DNA of 64,000 nucleotides from Callorhinchus milii (Eukaryota). The stretch's first letter is position 1. Each line of letters begins with the position of its first letter. Positions 1 to 12,451 of the stretch are shown here, one piece after another. The position numbers and the translations under genes were made by a program. Below the pieces are notes generated by a model. The model searched no databases and had not been told where the DNA came from. It saw nothing but the letters and a program-made list of their open reading frames with translations. Location of the stretch: contig NW_024704742.1 in the NCBI RefSeq assembly GCF_018977255.1, forward strand, positions 10,108,001 through 10,172,000, given 5' to 3'.

Positions 1-88
1 ATTGGATTTGAGGTACATATCAGGATGATCTTATAGAATGGCGGAACAGGCTCGAGGGGCTGAATGGCCTACTCCTGTTTCTATGATT
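1..88 (+). mobile_element. CR1 LINE 3' end
   Basis: gaatggcggaacaggctcgaggggctgaatggcctactcctg...ctatgatt, the typical CR1 3' terminus. Confidence 0.85.
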
Positions 89-360
89 AAGCTCACAGTC
101 CAGACTGAGTGAAATTAACATTCACCTCACAACTGTTTGCGGGTCCTTGCGTTGTATAAAATGAAGCGCGTTCACCTACAAAAAACATCACTAACTTTAC
201 TATAAAGCCCTTTGAGATTTTTTGACATGAATAGTACAAGTTAAAATGGAAATTCTTTCTCCTTTCTATTAGTTTTTCATATTCAAATTATTCTGGGTGT
301 CACGGTAATTTGGAATTAATGAGGTTGATTCTCACTTTCTTCAATGCAATCATTGTTCAA

Positions 361-672
361 ATCATAGAATCATAGAATTCATACAGCACAGAAGGAGGCC
401 ATTCAGCCCCATCATGTCCATGCTGCCTCTTTGAAAGAGTTATCCAAATTAATCCCACTCCCCTGCTTTCTCCCCAAAGCCTGAAAATTTGTCCTCCCCA
501 AATATCTATCCACTTCGCTCTTGAATGTTGTTATTGAATCTGCTTCCACCACTCTTTCATTCCAGACTGGAAAGACTTCTCTAAACTTCGCTGTGTGAAA
601 AAATGTCTCCTCACCTCCCCCTGGTTCTTTTGGCAACTATCTTAATCTGTGTCCTCGGATTACCACCACGTG
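361..672 (-). mobile_element. CR1 LINE 3' fragment
   Basis: (atcataga)n tail; translation ..VVEADSITTFKSEVDRYL.. resembles the CR1 ORF2 C-terminus. Confidence 0.85.
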
Positions 673-824
673 CAAAATGGTCTTCACTTTTGACTGTCAG
701 ACCAGCAAAGAATGTAAGTGGAGAGAGGAGGATCAGTGAGCCTGAAACACTGAGTATATTTGTGTGACTCTACCAGCACTTTTTATGGTGCTTCAACAAT
801 CTCTGGCTGATATCTATATCTCCA

Positions 825-982
825 CAATCCACCACTATTTGTGGGACACTGCTGTGTGCAATTGGCTGCCACGTTTCACCCACAAAATATATGCCCAACT
901 TTACAGTATATTCTGTGAAGCGCTTTGAGATGTCTGTCTCGAGGATGTGATATTGCGTTATATCAAGGATTATTATTATTAT
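825..982 (+). mobile_element. tRNA-SINE 3' half
   Basis: tgtgggacactgctgtgtgcaattggctgcc...ggattattattatt, shared with full-length copies. Confidence 0.9.
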
Positions 983-1517
983 TGTGCAGATTAAATAGTA
1001 TAACCACATTCATTGTGGGTTGGTGTGACGTTCCAACTTCTCCTAAGCAAAGCTTTTCACACCACTACAACAAGACTTCCAAATTAATCCACTCTTGTCT
1101 TTTAATTGCTTCTTGAAAATCTGGAGACTAATTTTTTTGTGTAGGGAAAACCTCCTCTTTCTAAGCACAGGCATGACAAAGAGGCATAACCAGTTCTGAA
1201 TTTCACAACCTGTTTTAAGGCTATTTCCATTCTGAGAATGAAAGTAAAACTGATTTTGTTTCGAAAAAAACATTGCATTTGGCGACTTTTTTTTGTCAGG
1301 ACACACATTAAAGCAGAAAGAGCTGAATACAAGTGTGTGTTTGGCTTGTTTAAAGAAGTTGCTCATTACGGACTGCAGCACAATCAGAGCTAGAAGAGAT
1401 GCGCAATTCTAAATGTTGGCTGCTTTTAAAGAGGTTTCATCAGCCTTGCAAATATGCTGAATTACCTCCCTGCCGTCTCTGGACATATATCGAGGGATAC
1501 AGCTCTCTCAATGGCCT

Positions 1518-1858
1518 ACAACAACAACAACTCACACTTATATAGCGCCCTCCACTCAGGGTAGCATCTCAGAGTGCTTAACAGTGGCGTCCTGACTCCG
1601 AGCCAGGGTGGATAGGTTGCCATAAGCACAGTCGTGAAAAAGGGGAGGGGGCAAGGCAGCAGGAATGAGGGAGTGTTCCAGAGTTTCTAGGCATAGTAGC
1701 TGAAAGCGCGACCTCTGATGGTGGGTCGGAGAGTGCGAAGGACGAGCAGGAGGCCGGTGCCAGTCGAGCGAAGGCGACTGGTGGTGGATTGGGGAGTGAG
1801 GAGGTTGGAGTGGTACGGAGGTGCCAGAGAGCGAAGGGATTTGAAAACGAGTGTGAGA
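1518..1858 (-). mobile_element. L2 LINE 3' fragment
   Basis: (caa)n tail; ..LVFKSLRSLAPPY..RLRSTG..GRAFSYYA is L2 ORF2 C-terminus-like. Confidence 0.85.
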
Positions 1859-1947
1859 CCTAGTGAGTGAGCAGCACTCTTCATCCTCCCTTGCTCAGCA
1901 ACCAACCTTGTGCTCTAAGGCATGAAGTCATGTAGGATAATGACTTT

Positions 1948-2307
1948 GTAGAGTCCTGCAGCTTAATGGTTAGAGCACTTGCCTCACAAACGAGAGGACT
2001 TGGATTCAATTCCCGGGCAGGGCGAAACGTTGGAAACACCTCTGTTTATCTAGCAGTAAATGGAAAGCTGGTTGTTAGTCAAATGGTGGATTGCTTTCCG
2101 GGGGTAATAATCCCTTCAAAATAATAATAATAATATTGTTGACACTCAATCCACGACTATTAGTGGGACACTGCTGTGTGCAACTGGCTGCCAACAAAAA
2201 TATACAGTCAATTCACTTTACAGCATATTGTGTGAAGCGTTTTGAAACATCTCAAAGATGTGATAAGGCTCTATATCAAATACAAGGATGATTATTATTA
2301 TTATTAT
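1948..2307 (+). mobile_element. tRNA-derived SINE, near full length (SINE2-1_CM-like)
   Basis: A/B-box head, body and (ATT)n tail as in the other copies. Confidence 0.9.
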
Positions 2308-2439
2308 GAAGGGAATATAGAATAAATTATTATTATGAAGGGGAATATAGAATAATAATCCTTGCAATTGGTATAATGCCTTTCACATTGGGAGTACATC
2401 TCAAAGGGTTTCACAAGGGACCTTAGTTTAATTTCATCA

Positions 2440-2808
2440 GTGGAATATTGTAGCTTAGAGTAGCTTAGTACTCGCCTTGCAAGCAAGAGGTTCGATTCCC
2501 GGGCAGGGCAAAATGTTGGGCAAGTTTCCTTACTCCACTCCCCTCTGTTCACGTAGCAGTAAGTAGGAACCTGGTTGTTAGTCAATTGGCGAATCGCTTT
2601 CACGGGAATAATAATCCCTTCAATAAAAACAAATAGAAAAAGGATTTGATCACTCAATCCACCGTTGTTTGTGGGACAGTGCTGTGCACAATTGGCTGAT
2701 GCCCACAAAATGTACAGTCAATTCACTTTACAGTATATTCTGTGAAGCACTTTGAGACGTCTCAAAGACATGATAATGCGCTATATCAAATCCAAGGATT
2801 ATTATTAT
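2440..2808 (+). mobile_element. tRNA-derived SINE, full length
   Basis: ggttcgattcccgggcagggc B-box, CORE-like segment and (ATT)n tail. Confidence 0.9.
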
Positions 2809-3039
2809 TCCCAGCACTGCACTGGAGCATCGCGCAAGACTGTGAATTCAAATTTCTGATGTGGGGGATTGAACCCACAAGTTTCTGACTTGTCCCTTAA
2901 GAGGCAAGATTGCTATCATCTCAGTCAGACAACACACTTAAGATGGGAGATTGATAATGTTATCCACGCCTATAATCTCATTCCATTCCTTCAGTACCAG
3001 GGTACTATCTGCTGTCCCACCCCACCCACCCACCCCATT

Positions 3040-3215
3040 TCTCAGGTACGACTGCAATGTTTATTGAGCTCCTAAAATTATTAACCAGGGAGTCACCGAT
3101 TTCCCCTCAAATTTCCTTGAGGATCCTGAGGTATATCCTGTCTAGGCCACTTCTAGGTTACGTAAACATTCATTTGTTTAAATTTTTCCGTAACCCTTGG
3201 TCTACTGATATCTGT
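3040..3215 (-). mobile_element. Old CR1 ORF2 (RT region) fragment
   Basis: Minus strand reads ..GLDRIYLRILKE..EIGDSL..IFRSS..VVPEKW with frameshifts, matching the CR1 motif 'GPDxIxPRxLKE..IF..S..G.VP.DW'. Confidence 0.7.
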
Positions 3216-3435
3216 TGCATAAACGACTTGAACAAAAAACATAAAGTATATGAAATGTGGCCATAGTCCTGACGTGTAGAAACTGATGTAAAAGCAATCC
3301 ATTGACAAATTTACCATCCTCTGATTTTCTCTCTTCCTAACTTATCCCTTAAAGTCCTATCTACAAGTGCAATGGTTACAAGAATTATTATAATGATCAA
3401 CCAAAGTATTCACCTACTTCCAAATTATTGATGAA

Positions 3436-3752
3436 TAAATAATAATCCTTGTATTTAATAAAGCGCCTAATCACGTCTTTGAGACGTCTCAAAGCACTTC
3501 ACAGAATATACTGTAAAGTGAAAGTGAATTAACTGTAAATATTGTGGGTGAAAAGCAGCAGTCAATTGTGCACAGCAGTGTCCCACAAACAGTGCTGGAT
3601 GGAGTGACCCCATTATTATTTTCAACATTATCAACACGTGCAGTAATAATAATAATAATCCTTGCATTTGATCTAGGCCTTATCACATCTTCAAGACGTC
3701 TCAAAGTGAATTGATTGTATATTTTGTGGGCGAAATGCAGCAGCCAATTGCA
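3436..3752 (-). mobile_element. Two SINE 3' fragments
   Basis: aataataatccttg tails at ~3436 and ~3644. Confidence 0.85.
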
Positions 3753-4724
3753 GAATCACTACTAACCCAATGACTGTTTCAGTAGGGAAACAGCCAGCAG
3801 TGTTGAGCGCTTTAAGCCGTCCTACCGACATGAAAATGTGTAAATGTGTTTCTGGAAGGGGAAACACAAAAATATTGCTTATGGAGCCAGTTGAACTTTC
3901 TCAAATAGGGCATCCGGCCCTTGGCAGCCAAAAAGTTGGACCTCCCTGGTATAGAATAACACGGAAGGAATTGGAGGTATCTTTGTCTTCCCCAAATGGT
4001 AAGAATCTAGTTTTAACTGGTGCAATGTGACAAAGCATCAATATTACTGGGCACTGTTCCTTATTTTTCAGTCCAAGGAAAATTGCTGAAACTACAATTA
4101 AGCAGTAATAATTTCTCTAAGCGATGGATCGCAGCCACACACTGAAATAAAAGGCAAAGCAGACTAAATCTGAGAGGGTGCAGAGCAGATGTTTTGAATG
4201 AAAGGTTTTGCAACACAAAAAAAATGGTCTGTATTAAAAAAAAGAATCAAAACCACATTAGAAACTTGCAACGTGGTATGCAAATAAGTTGAACATCAAT
4301 CATACATGGGCCAAATGTTATATCGTTCAACACTCAAGCAAGGAACCTTTGTGACCCTGATCCCAATAGTGTGGCTCGACTGAATAAAATTAAATGAAAC
4401 TGTGCACTGAATCAATATGTGGCAATTCCACCAAGTGCAGTTTCTAAAGATTTTCAACTTGAATTAATTCAACCAGTGACTCAGAGATGTATTATCCCAA
4501 ACAAAGCCTACCCCTGAATTTCATTGAATGCGCTTCAGAACTTGTCAAATGCCCACAAATAGTCACTGGAAGTAGTACAACACCTTCAGAGCCCTTCGTA
4601 TTCAGCGTTTAGACCAAAGTTTATTTCTGAGCAGTGTGAGCATATTGATACTAGACAGCGATAAACTGTAGAGTACAGATCGATATTGTGCAATGTGAGA
4701 CTCCTAGTTTACTACATAAAGACA

Positions 4725-5074
4725 TAATAATAATCCTTGCATTTGATATAGCGCCTTATCATGTCTTCGAGACGTCTCAAAGCGCTTCACAGAATACACT
4801 GTAAAGTGAATTGACTGTATATTTTGTGGGTGAAACGCGGAAGCCAATTGCACACAGCAGTGTCCCACAAACAGTCATGGATTGAGTGACCAAACTTTTT
4901 TTGAAGGATTTATTACCCCCAGAAAAGCAATCTGCCAATCGACTAGCAACTGGTTCTATTTACTGGTGGGTAAATAAAGGGTGGCATAAGGGAACTTGCC
5001 CAACGTTGCCCTGTCGGGAATTGAATCCAGGTCCTTTCGGTTGCGAGGCGAGTGCTCTAACCACTGAGCTACAG
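4725..5074 (-). mobile_element. tRNA-derived SINE, near full length, flanked by ~57-bp direct repeats
   Basis: Complete tail-to-head match; flanks 4668-4724 and 5075-5129 are homologous. Confidence 0.92.
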
Positions 5075-5704
5075 GTAGAGTACAGATCAATACCGAGTAA
5101 TGTGAGACTCTAGGTTCCTACATAAGACACCACAGAATATCACTGAGCCATGAGAGACGCTTTGTTTTCAATACAGAGACTAGAGAACATCACTGAGGAA
5201 CATGAGATCCCTGTGTACAGTTTCGATCATTACACTGAATATATAGATCATATATGTCTTTCAAGCCCAGACTACAGCTGGTTAAAGCAGGCTGTAGATA
5301 GTTAAAACAGTGAGAGAAAGTGCATAGAAACTGAACCCAAAGAGACTGACAAAAGTGCCCACATAGACTGCGATGGGCTTTAAATCGAAATTCCACAGAT
5401 CATCACCTGGATCCATTCCATCTTACAATGTCCTCTTTCACTCAAGACACAAACAATCTCAATCTCTCTCTCTCTCTCTGTCTGTCTCTCTCTGTCTCTG
5501 TCTGTCTGTACAGCCCTGGTGGTGAGAACCAGATGTTAGAGAGGAGTGACACTCAGTGGCAAAACACACAAAGAGACAGCAGCAGTTCCACCAACCACTC
5601 AGCAGTCAGTCACTTGCTGTTGCTGATCGGATGGGAGAAGAACAGAAGGAGAAACAAAGAAAAGAATGATAGTATGATTGCTGTGCACCAGCCCGTGCCC
5701 TTAC

Positions 5705-5725
5705 CCCATCATTGTCCTGGTCCAT
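5705..5725 (-). CDS. Candidate alternative first coding exon, MDQDNDG| (phase 0); 5'UTR probably extends to ~5900
   Basis: atggaccaggacaatgatggg|gtaagg. UTR-like upstream sequence with CA/CT runs and CpGs. Same phase as the 45625 and 63069 donors. Confidence 0.45.
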
Positions 5726-5984
5726 CCGCACTTTCCTATGCAGATAGCGTTGTGAGTGAGTGAGAGAGTGAGAGAGTGAGTGAGTGGTGATGCGCTGATG
5801 TGCTTCTGAGCGCAATGGGTTTACTGCGCTTTGTGCTGTGTGTGTGTCTGTGAGACAGAGCTGCGCTACTCTCTGGCTCTGATCTCAGCTCTCCCACAGA
5901 CTGCCCCTCACAGCCCCCAGCTCCATCACTCTCTCACAACACACACACCCTCCAGCTAATGTCACACAGAGTGAGAGAGACAGA

Positions 5985-6430
5985 ACATGGGCAAGGGGAA
6001 GGTGGGAGGAGAGACAGAGAGCAAAGAGAGGGGTGGGAGGAGAGAGAGAGAGAGAGAGGAGGAGAGCTAGCATGGGAGTGGGAATGGGGTGGGAGGAGAG
6101 ACAGAGAGCAAAGAGAGGGGTGGGAGGAGAGAGAGAGAGAGAGAGAGGAGGAGAGCTAGCATGGGAGTGGGAATGGGGTGGGAGGAGAGACAGAGGGGAG
6201 GAGCGAGAGAGGGAGGGTGTGGAGAGAGAGAGAGAGAGGGGGGGTGAAGAGTGAAAGCATGAGAGGGAAAAGGGAGAGTGGGGCAAGAGAGAGGGGAGGA
6301 GAGAGCATGAGGGGGGGGGGGGGGGGGAAGGGGAGGAAACAGGAGAAGGAGAGAGCGGTAGAGATGGAAAGGGTGTGGAGAGAGAGAGCATAACAGAGGG
6401 AAAGGGGTAGGGGGAGATAGAGAGGAGACG
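5985..6430. repeat. Polypurine (GA/G-rich) tract containing an ~88-bp tandem unit (~2.5 copies)
   Basis: ggtgggaggagagacagag recurs at 6001, 6088 and 6177; long G run near 6310-6327. Confidence 0.9.
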
Positions 6431-7522
6431 AGAGTCTGCGGTGCGCTGCCCTCCCGAGAAACTAGCATAGGGGGTGGTGGGGTCGAGGCTGTGTACGGCC
6501 CCGGCTCCGAATGTCACCAGATTGGGCTATCTCACCCCAGCTTGGATGGAAATCCTAAATGTCAGAGCCTTGAGACGTCCTCCCAACATGAAAGGCGCTT
6601 TACAGATGCAATTTGTTGCTGTTAGCTGTTGCTTATGTTGTCAATTCACTTTACAGTATATTCTGTGAAGCGATATACTCTCGAAGATGCGATAAGACGC
6701 TATATCAAATGCAAGGATTATTATTATTATAAATCAGCACAATGCTTGAGAGTATCCAAACAGACAGAGTTCCATAGTTCCATGTACGTGATGGTCTCGG
6801 TAGTCCAGTTCCTGAGCCAGATGGGTCTGCAGTATTCCAGGGCACTGCTGATGACGGCACAGCCTAGTCTGGCTCATCAAGCAGCACCTAGAAGGGCAGA
6901 CCAGCCGCAGGAGGCAGTGAGTCATCCCACTCAACTCCTGATAACCCTGCAAGCCAAAGCTTAAAGGGTAGGTGGTCAAGCAGCAGGAAGTTTGCCAGAA
7001 AAACTTTCAACAACAACAACAACAAGATTCCATTTATAGAGCGCCTTTCACGTCGGGAGGACGTCCCAATTAATGGTTTTAGCTGGTCCAACTCCAACAC
7101 TACCACAAACTTGGCTCTTGCTAAGAATTAAGTAAGCATGAAGTGTCCCTCTAGGGAGAGTGTGTGCATTCCATTGCAGACACAGGGGGCACGCATATGT
7201 GGATGTTATAGTCTAGTTTGGATATTCTTAAGCATAGTGATGGGTTTCCACACATGTCAGACACCTGGCTGTCCACAAGATAAATTACTGCCTCCTGTTT
7301 GTCTCCCTGTCTCTTTCTGTCCCTCACTTCCTGTCTCTCTCTGTCTCACCTCTTTGTGAGTTTGTTCTCCCTGTGTCTCTCACTCTGTCTTTGATTCTGT
7401 CACTCTGCCTCTCTCTCTCTTCTCTCTGGTTGTCTTTTTCTGTGAGTCTTTCCTACTCCATACTCTATGGCTCTTGCACACTGATTCTCACACATTTAAA
7501 AACAGTTTGTTGCTACGGACGA

Positions 7523-7712
7523 TGACAACAACACTTGCATTTATATAGCACCCCTCATGCAGGTCAGCGCTCCAGAGAGTTGAACAGTGAAGGAACACAA
7601 CACCAGGGGGAGGGGGAGGTTGACCATAGACATGATCGAAGAGGAAGGTTTCGACGAGTGTTCCAGAGTTTTGGGGCATCATGGCTGAAAGTGCGTCACC
7701 AATGGTGGCAGC
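7523..7712 (-). mobile_element. L2 3' fragment
   Basis: caacaacacttgcatttatatagc tail and gtgttccagagttttggggc body. Confidence 0.8.
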
Positions 7713-7844
7713 AACGGGAAATTTGCGTGAAACTTTTTTAGAATTAGTTGTCAAATTGTACACTATGGTTCATAGTTTATACATTTTAATGCTATGTCGA
7801 TGGTTGGGGGAGAAATCCACAAAACGTGGAGTTAGGGTCGAGTA

Positions 7845-8360
7845 ACATAGGAACAGGAGGAGGCCATTCAGTCCTTGAGCCTGTTCCTCATTCTATGTTC
7901 ATGGGCTGATCTGTACCTCAAGTCAATATCCTTCTTGCCCATATCCATTTATACCTGACTAACAAATATTTATCCACCTCAGTCTTGAAGATGTGAATGG
8001 ATCCAACATCCACAACCTTTCGGAGGAGAGACAGATTTCCATTACCCTTTGGGTGAAAAACTGCCTCCTGATTTCATTCTAAATGGCCTAGCTCTAATTT
8101 TAAGATTATTCCCCTTGTCCTGCATTCCCTACCAGAGGAAATAGTTCCTCTGTATCTACCCAATCGAACACTTTTATCATTTTAAACACCTCAATCAGAC
8201 TCACGGGAATAGAGAGCAAGTTCATGCAAACTGACCTCATAATTTAACCCTTAATGCCTGGTATCATTCTGGTGAATCTGCGTTGCACCCTCAGGGCCAA
8301 TATTTCTTTCTGAGGTGCGGTGCCAAAACTGAACACAATACTCCAGATGGGTTTCTACTG
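7845..8360 (-). mobile_element. CR1 LINE 3' fragment
   Basis: aacataggaacaggaggaggccattcag tail; ..aactgaacacaatactccag.. (LEYCVQFW motif on the minus strand). Confidence 0.85.
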
Positions 8361-8509
8361 AAGTTGTCTGTTTTGAAAAGGTCAAAAGTCTGAAACAAGT
8401 TGACAAACTTCTTTTGTTTCTTTGTGGAAACCAGTCGAGAGCTAAGCCGAATGTTGGTCATGCATAGGTGAGGTGGACTGTATTGGTCTTTGATATCTAC
8501 ATTTCTACA

Positions 8510-8856
8510 TTTAGCTCAGTGCTTAGAGCACTCACCTCGCAAGTGAGAGACCTTGATTAGATTCCAACGGGCGAAACGTTGGGCAAGTTTCCTTACTCCA
8601 CACGTCTCTGTTTACCTAGCAGCAAGTAGAAACACAGTTGTTAGTCGAATGGCGGATCGCTTTTCTGGAGGTAATAATTCCTTCAAAAAATAATAATTTG
8701 GTCATCATTCTACCACTGTTTGTGAGACCTGCTCTGTGTAATTGGTGTGGTGTTTTGCCCCAAAATTCACTTTACAGTATATTCTGTGAAGCGCTTTGAG
8801 ATGTCTCAAAGACGTGATAAGAGTTAGGTCAAAATGCAAGGATTATTATTATTATT
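8510..8856 (+). mobile_element. tRNA-derived SINE, near full length
   Basis: tagctcagtg A-box through (ATT)n tail. Confidence 0.9.
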
Positions 8857-9559
8857 TCTACTATCCTATGATGTGCAGTCCGATGGAATTTGGCACCATA
8901 GGCTGTGTGTGCTGGTGTTTATAAACAACTACACAAATAAAAGTTTGCTGAACTATTTTTGAGGAAAACATGCTCTTGTAAATAGATCTGCTCTACATTC
9001 ATTTGATGACTGCTTTCAAGTAACTCGCTGTTACTGAGATCATTACTTATAGAAGCACCAGAAAATCGCACTGGTGACAACAGAGTACTGGGAGAATGCA
9101 AAGCATGTCAGGTTCACAAAAAGAATTGGGGAAAGGTTTACGCAAGCTCGTGTTATCAACATTCCTGACTAGAGATCATAACACAATGTCTCCAAGCCAA
9201 TTGAGAACAAGTAAATGCCCCTCTCTTGATAGGATTCTAGCTGCATAGTAACTCAATATCCTATTTCCGAAGAGTTACTGCCAGGAACATTTGCTAATAG
9301 GATTAAGTATCAGACGGTGAAATATGCATCTCATTAAAAAGAAACATTGTTTTATATGAGGGTTTTGGAGGGTAAGTTTACTCTACGAGGTGCTCAGTCA
9401 TTACTTTCAATTTTATCAATGGAATACTGTAGTTAATCATTGCTCTCTCTTGAACCTTTACTGATGCTTGGATTTTATCATCTCAAATGTTGGGTGTAGT
9501 TTTGGCTCAAACCACTGCCCATTACAGATCCACTCAGCCGGCAATCTCTGCTTCTAATT

Positions 9560-10865
9560 CACCATCGCCCATCTCTGTATCTGTATTGCTCTCTTGTCAA
9601 GCATTCCACTATGTACCTCTGCCTCCTCATCCTCCTCGACCTCTCTGCTGCCTTCAATACCGTGAACCACTCCATCCACCTCCACCGCCTTTTCTTTCAC
9701 CTCAACCTTCAAGGTTCTGGGAGAAATAAGATCTGAATGGTTCAGGTCTTATCTCACACACCACCTCCAATTTGTCTCCATCAACAGTCTCTCTTCCAGC
9801 CCCCACACAGTCTTGTGAGTGTTCCTCAGGGCTATGTCCTTGGTCCCCTCCTCTTTAAACTTTACATGTTCCCCCTTGGTGACATCATCCGCAGACATGG
9901 GGTCAACTTCAACATGTATGGGGATGACAGCCTACTCTATCTCTCTGCCTCCACTCTCGATTCTAGGCAACTGATGTCCTGACAGACTGTCTGTCTGACA
10001 TTAAGTCCTGCACGAGAGCCAACTTTGTACAGCTGAATGTCAGCAAAACTGAGGCCCTCCTGATTGGTTCGTGCCAGTGCCTCTGCACCTCAGGCACTGG
10101 CAGCATCAGCATCCACGGTTGCAAACTCCACCTCACCAAGCCAGTCAGGAACCTAGGTGTCTTGTTCGACCCTTGACTGTCCTTTCTCCCCCATATCCCT
10201 GCCAGGACCCGCTCTACCTTCCCCACCTCTGCAACATTGCCCGATTCTGCCACTATCTCACCCCTCAGGCCACCAAAACCCTCATATTCGCATTCGTCAC
10301 CTCAAGGCTCGACTACAGAAACTCCCTCCTTGTCGGCCTCCCCAACCTTTCCCTCCACAAGCTGCAAATCATCCACTAATCTGCAACTCATGTCCTCTCC
10401 CGCACCAGGCTCCATGACCCCATCACCCCCATCCTCGCCCGGCTCCACTTGCTCCCCATCCTTCAGAGGATAGAATTCAAAATTCTCATCCTCACTTTCA
10501 AGGCCCTCCATGGCCTTGCCCCCTTCTACATCTCTGACCTGCTGACCCTCCGCTCCCTCCGCTCAGCAGGCTCTAGCCTGCTCCAGGACTCCCGCTCAAC
10601 CCACCCTATCATCGGTAGCCAGGCTTTCAGCATCTCTGTCCCCACCCTTTGGAACTCCATCTCACAATACCTTTGCCTTGCTCCCTCTCTTGTCTCCTTC
10701 AAGGCACGACTTAACTTTCTCCTTTTTAACTGTGCCTTCTACCCTTCCTCATCCCAACCCAGCCCCCCCCCCACGCTCGGGTCCTGATCCCTGACTGTTC
10801 AGTGCCTTGGGACGTCCTCCCGACATGAAAGATGCTTTACAAATGTAATTTTGTTGTTGTTATTG
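9560..10865 (+). mobile_element. Longest L2 fragment: decayed ORF2 reverse transcriptase plus 3' UTR
   Basis: [33 protein letters not shown] (degenerate YADD), AFVTSRLDYRNSLLVGLP; frameshifts and stops; (ttg)n tail. Confidence 0.93.
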
Positions 10866-11888
10866 TATGTCAGGCTCCAGCTGGTGGCATTCTCACCTCT
10901 GGGTTGTAGGTTCAATGCCCACTAACAGTGTAAGTTGATACTCCAGTTCAGTTCTGGGGGGAATTAGTGCCAGTACTGTGGAGTCTTGTTGCATAGTGGT
11001 TAGAGCATTCGTCTCGCAAGCTGGAGACCTGGGTTCAGTTCCCGGGCAGGGCGAAATGTTGGCTGTTTCCTTACTTAAATGCAGCCCGGGTCCTCTCCCG
11101 CACCAAACTCCGTGACCCCCATCTCCCCCACTCTTGCCCGACTCCATTGGCTCCCTATCTTTCAGAGGATTCAGTCCTCACATACAAAGCCCTTTCATAG
11201 CCTTGCCCCACCCTACCTCTTCGACCTCCTAACCCCCTACCAACCCGCCCATTCCCTCCACTCAGCCGGTTCTGGTCTGCTCATGTCCCCCAACCCACCC
11301 GCCCCACCATTGGTGGGAGAGCCTTCAGCCACTCTGCCCCAACCTCTGGAATTCCATCCCCCAGTCACTCCGCCTCGCCCCCTCCTTATCCTCCTTTAAG
11401 TCCTGCATCAAGACCCTCTCTTTCACCATGCCATTGGTCACCCCCCTTTCCCTCCCCTCCCTTCCCCCACACCCCGACCCCAGCTCGGGTCTGAAATGCT
11501 GTACTCTGTCCAGCGCCTTGAGATGTCTCTCGACGTGAAAGGCACTGTACAAATGTAATCTTCTTGTTGTAGTATATTCTTTGAAGTGCTTTGAGACCCA
11601 TCAAAGACGTGATAAGACGCTGTATCAACAACAACAACAACTAATTACACTTGTATAGTGCCTTTCACATCGGGGACGTCCAAGGCGCTGGAACATGCAA
11701 GGATTATTATAAGTAAACAACACAACAACAACAAGATTTCATTTATAGAGCACCTTTCACGTCGGGAGGATGTCCCAAGGAGCTGGACAGTTGGGTCGGG
11801 ACAGTCACTGCATTTCACAGTAAATCCAGTGAAGTCCTCTGAGACAGCTCAATGACACTTTATCAAATACAAGGATTATTATTATTAT
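10866..11888. mobile_element. Nested retroposon stack: Deu-SINE head, tRNA-SINE (10977-11076 plus 11572-11712), L2 (+, 11079-11571), two L2 tails (-, 11628-11692 and 11718-11802), SINE tail
   Basis: Interrupted consensus segments resume after each insert. Confidence 0.8.
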
Positions 11889-12451
11889 TCACAAGGGATC
11901 TTTCTCATTTGTATTGGGATTTTGCATGGCATATGGGGCGGCTGCATTCCTATTGCCAGAGCGATTGGCGGAAAGGGAAGGAATAAACTCTGAACTCGCT
12001 GGCTATGAGCTGGTCTGTCAGGTGTCTCTGTTATTGTGAAGTGTACTTGCAGTCGAGTTTTAAAAGCTAAATGCAAAGTCCCTCATAGATAACCCCTGTC
12101 CTCTTTCAAATCATAATGACAACAGCCTAAGGATGGGTGAGAATGGGATCCGGTTTCAATGATTGCTGCAATGCAAGGCAGTCTTTGAACTGTAGGGCAT
12201 CAGTGTATTATTAATCATTCAATCCCATCTGACTCTGGTAGGAAATACAAACTATGCACAGGAAGATAACATTCCCAGTCAAGTAAACTTCTTGATTATT
12301 CCACTTCAATCAACAGCCAAAGCAATGAGTGAAAGTAACTGGTGCATCCTATAGGAGATTAAAAGGTCCATCCAACCGAACACAGGTTCCACACTTCAGA
12401 TCACAACACATCACAGATCGCAAAATTTCTCCCAGTTATCTTTTCTTCTAT

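Noticed and set aside
1466..1486. MSRDGRE|gtaatt phase-0 mini-exon on the minus strand
   Set aside because: Weak Kozak context and an L2 tail only ~30 bp upstream; likely chance, but worth a look if RNA data exist
2296..2356. ~30-bp tandem duplication (attattatgaagggaatatagaataa)
   Set aside because: Ordinary slippage at a SINE tail
3770..4030. Plus-strand ORF with atg|gtaaga, and resemblance of gtcttccccaa.atggtaag to the 63069 donor
   Set aside because: No supporting acceptor or partner exons on the plus strand, and the match is too short to exclude coincidence
5885..6517. 210-aa and overlapping ORFs
   Set aside because: Low-complexity GA/CT tandem repeat
9560..10865. Active reverse transcriptase gene
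   Set aside because: 5'-truncated, frameshifted, contains stops, and YADD is altered to YGDD
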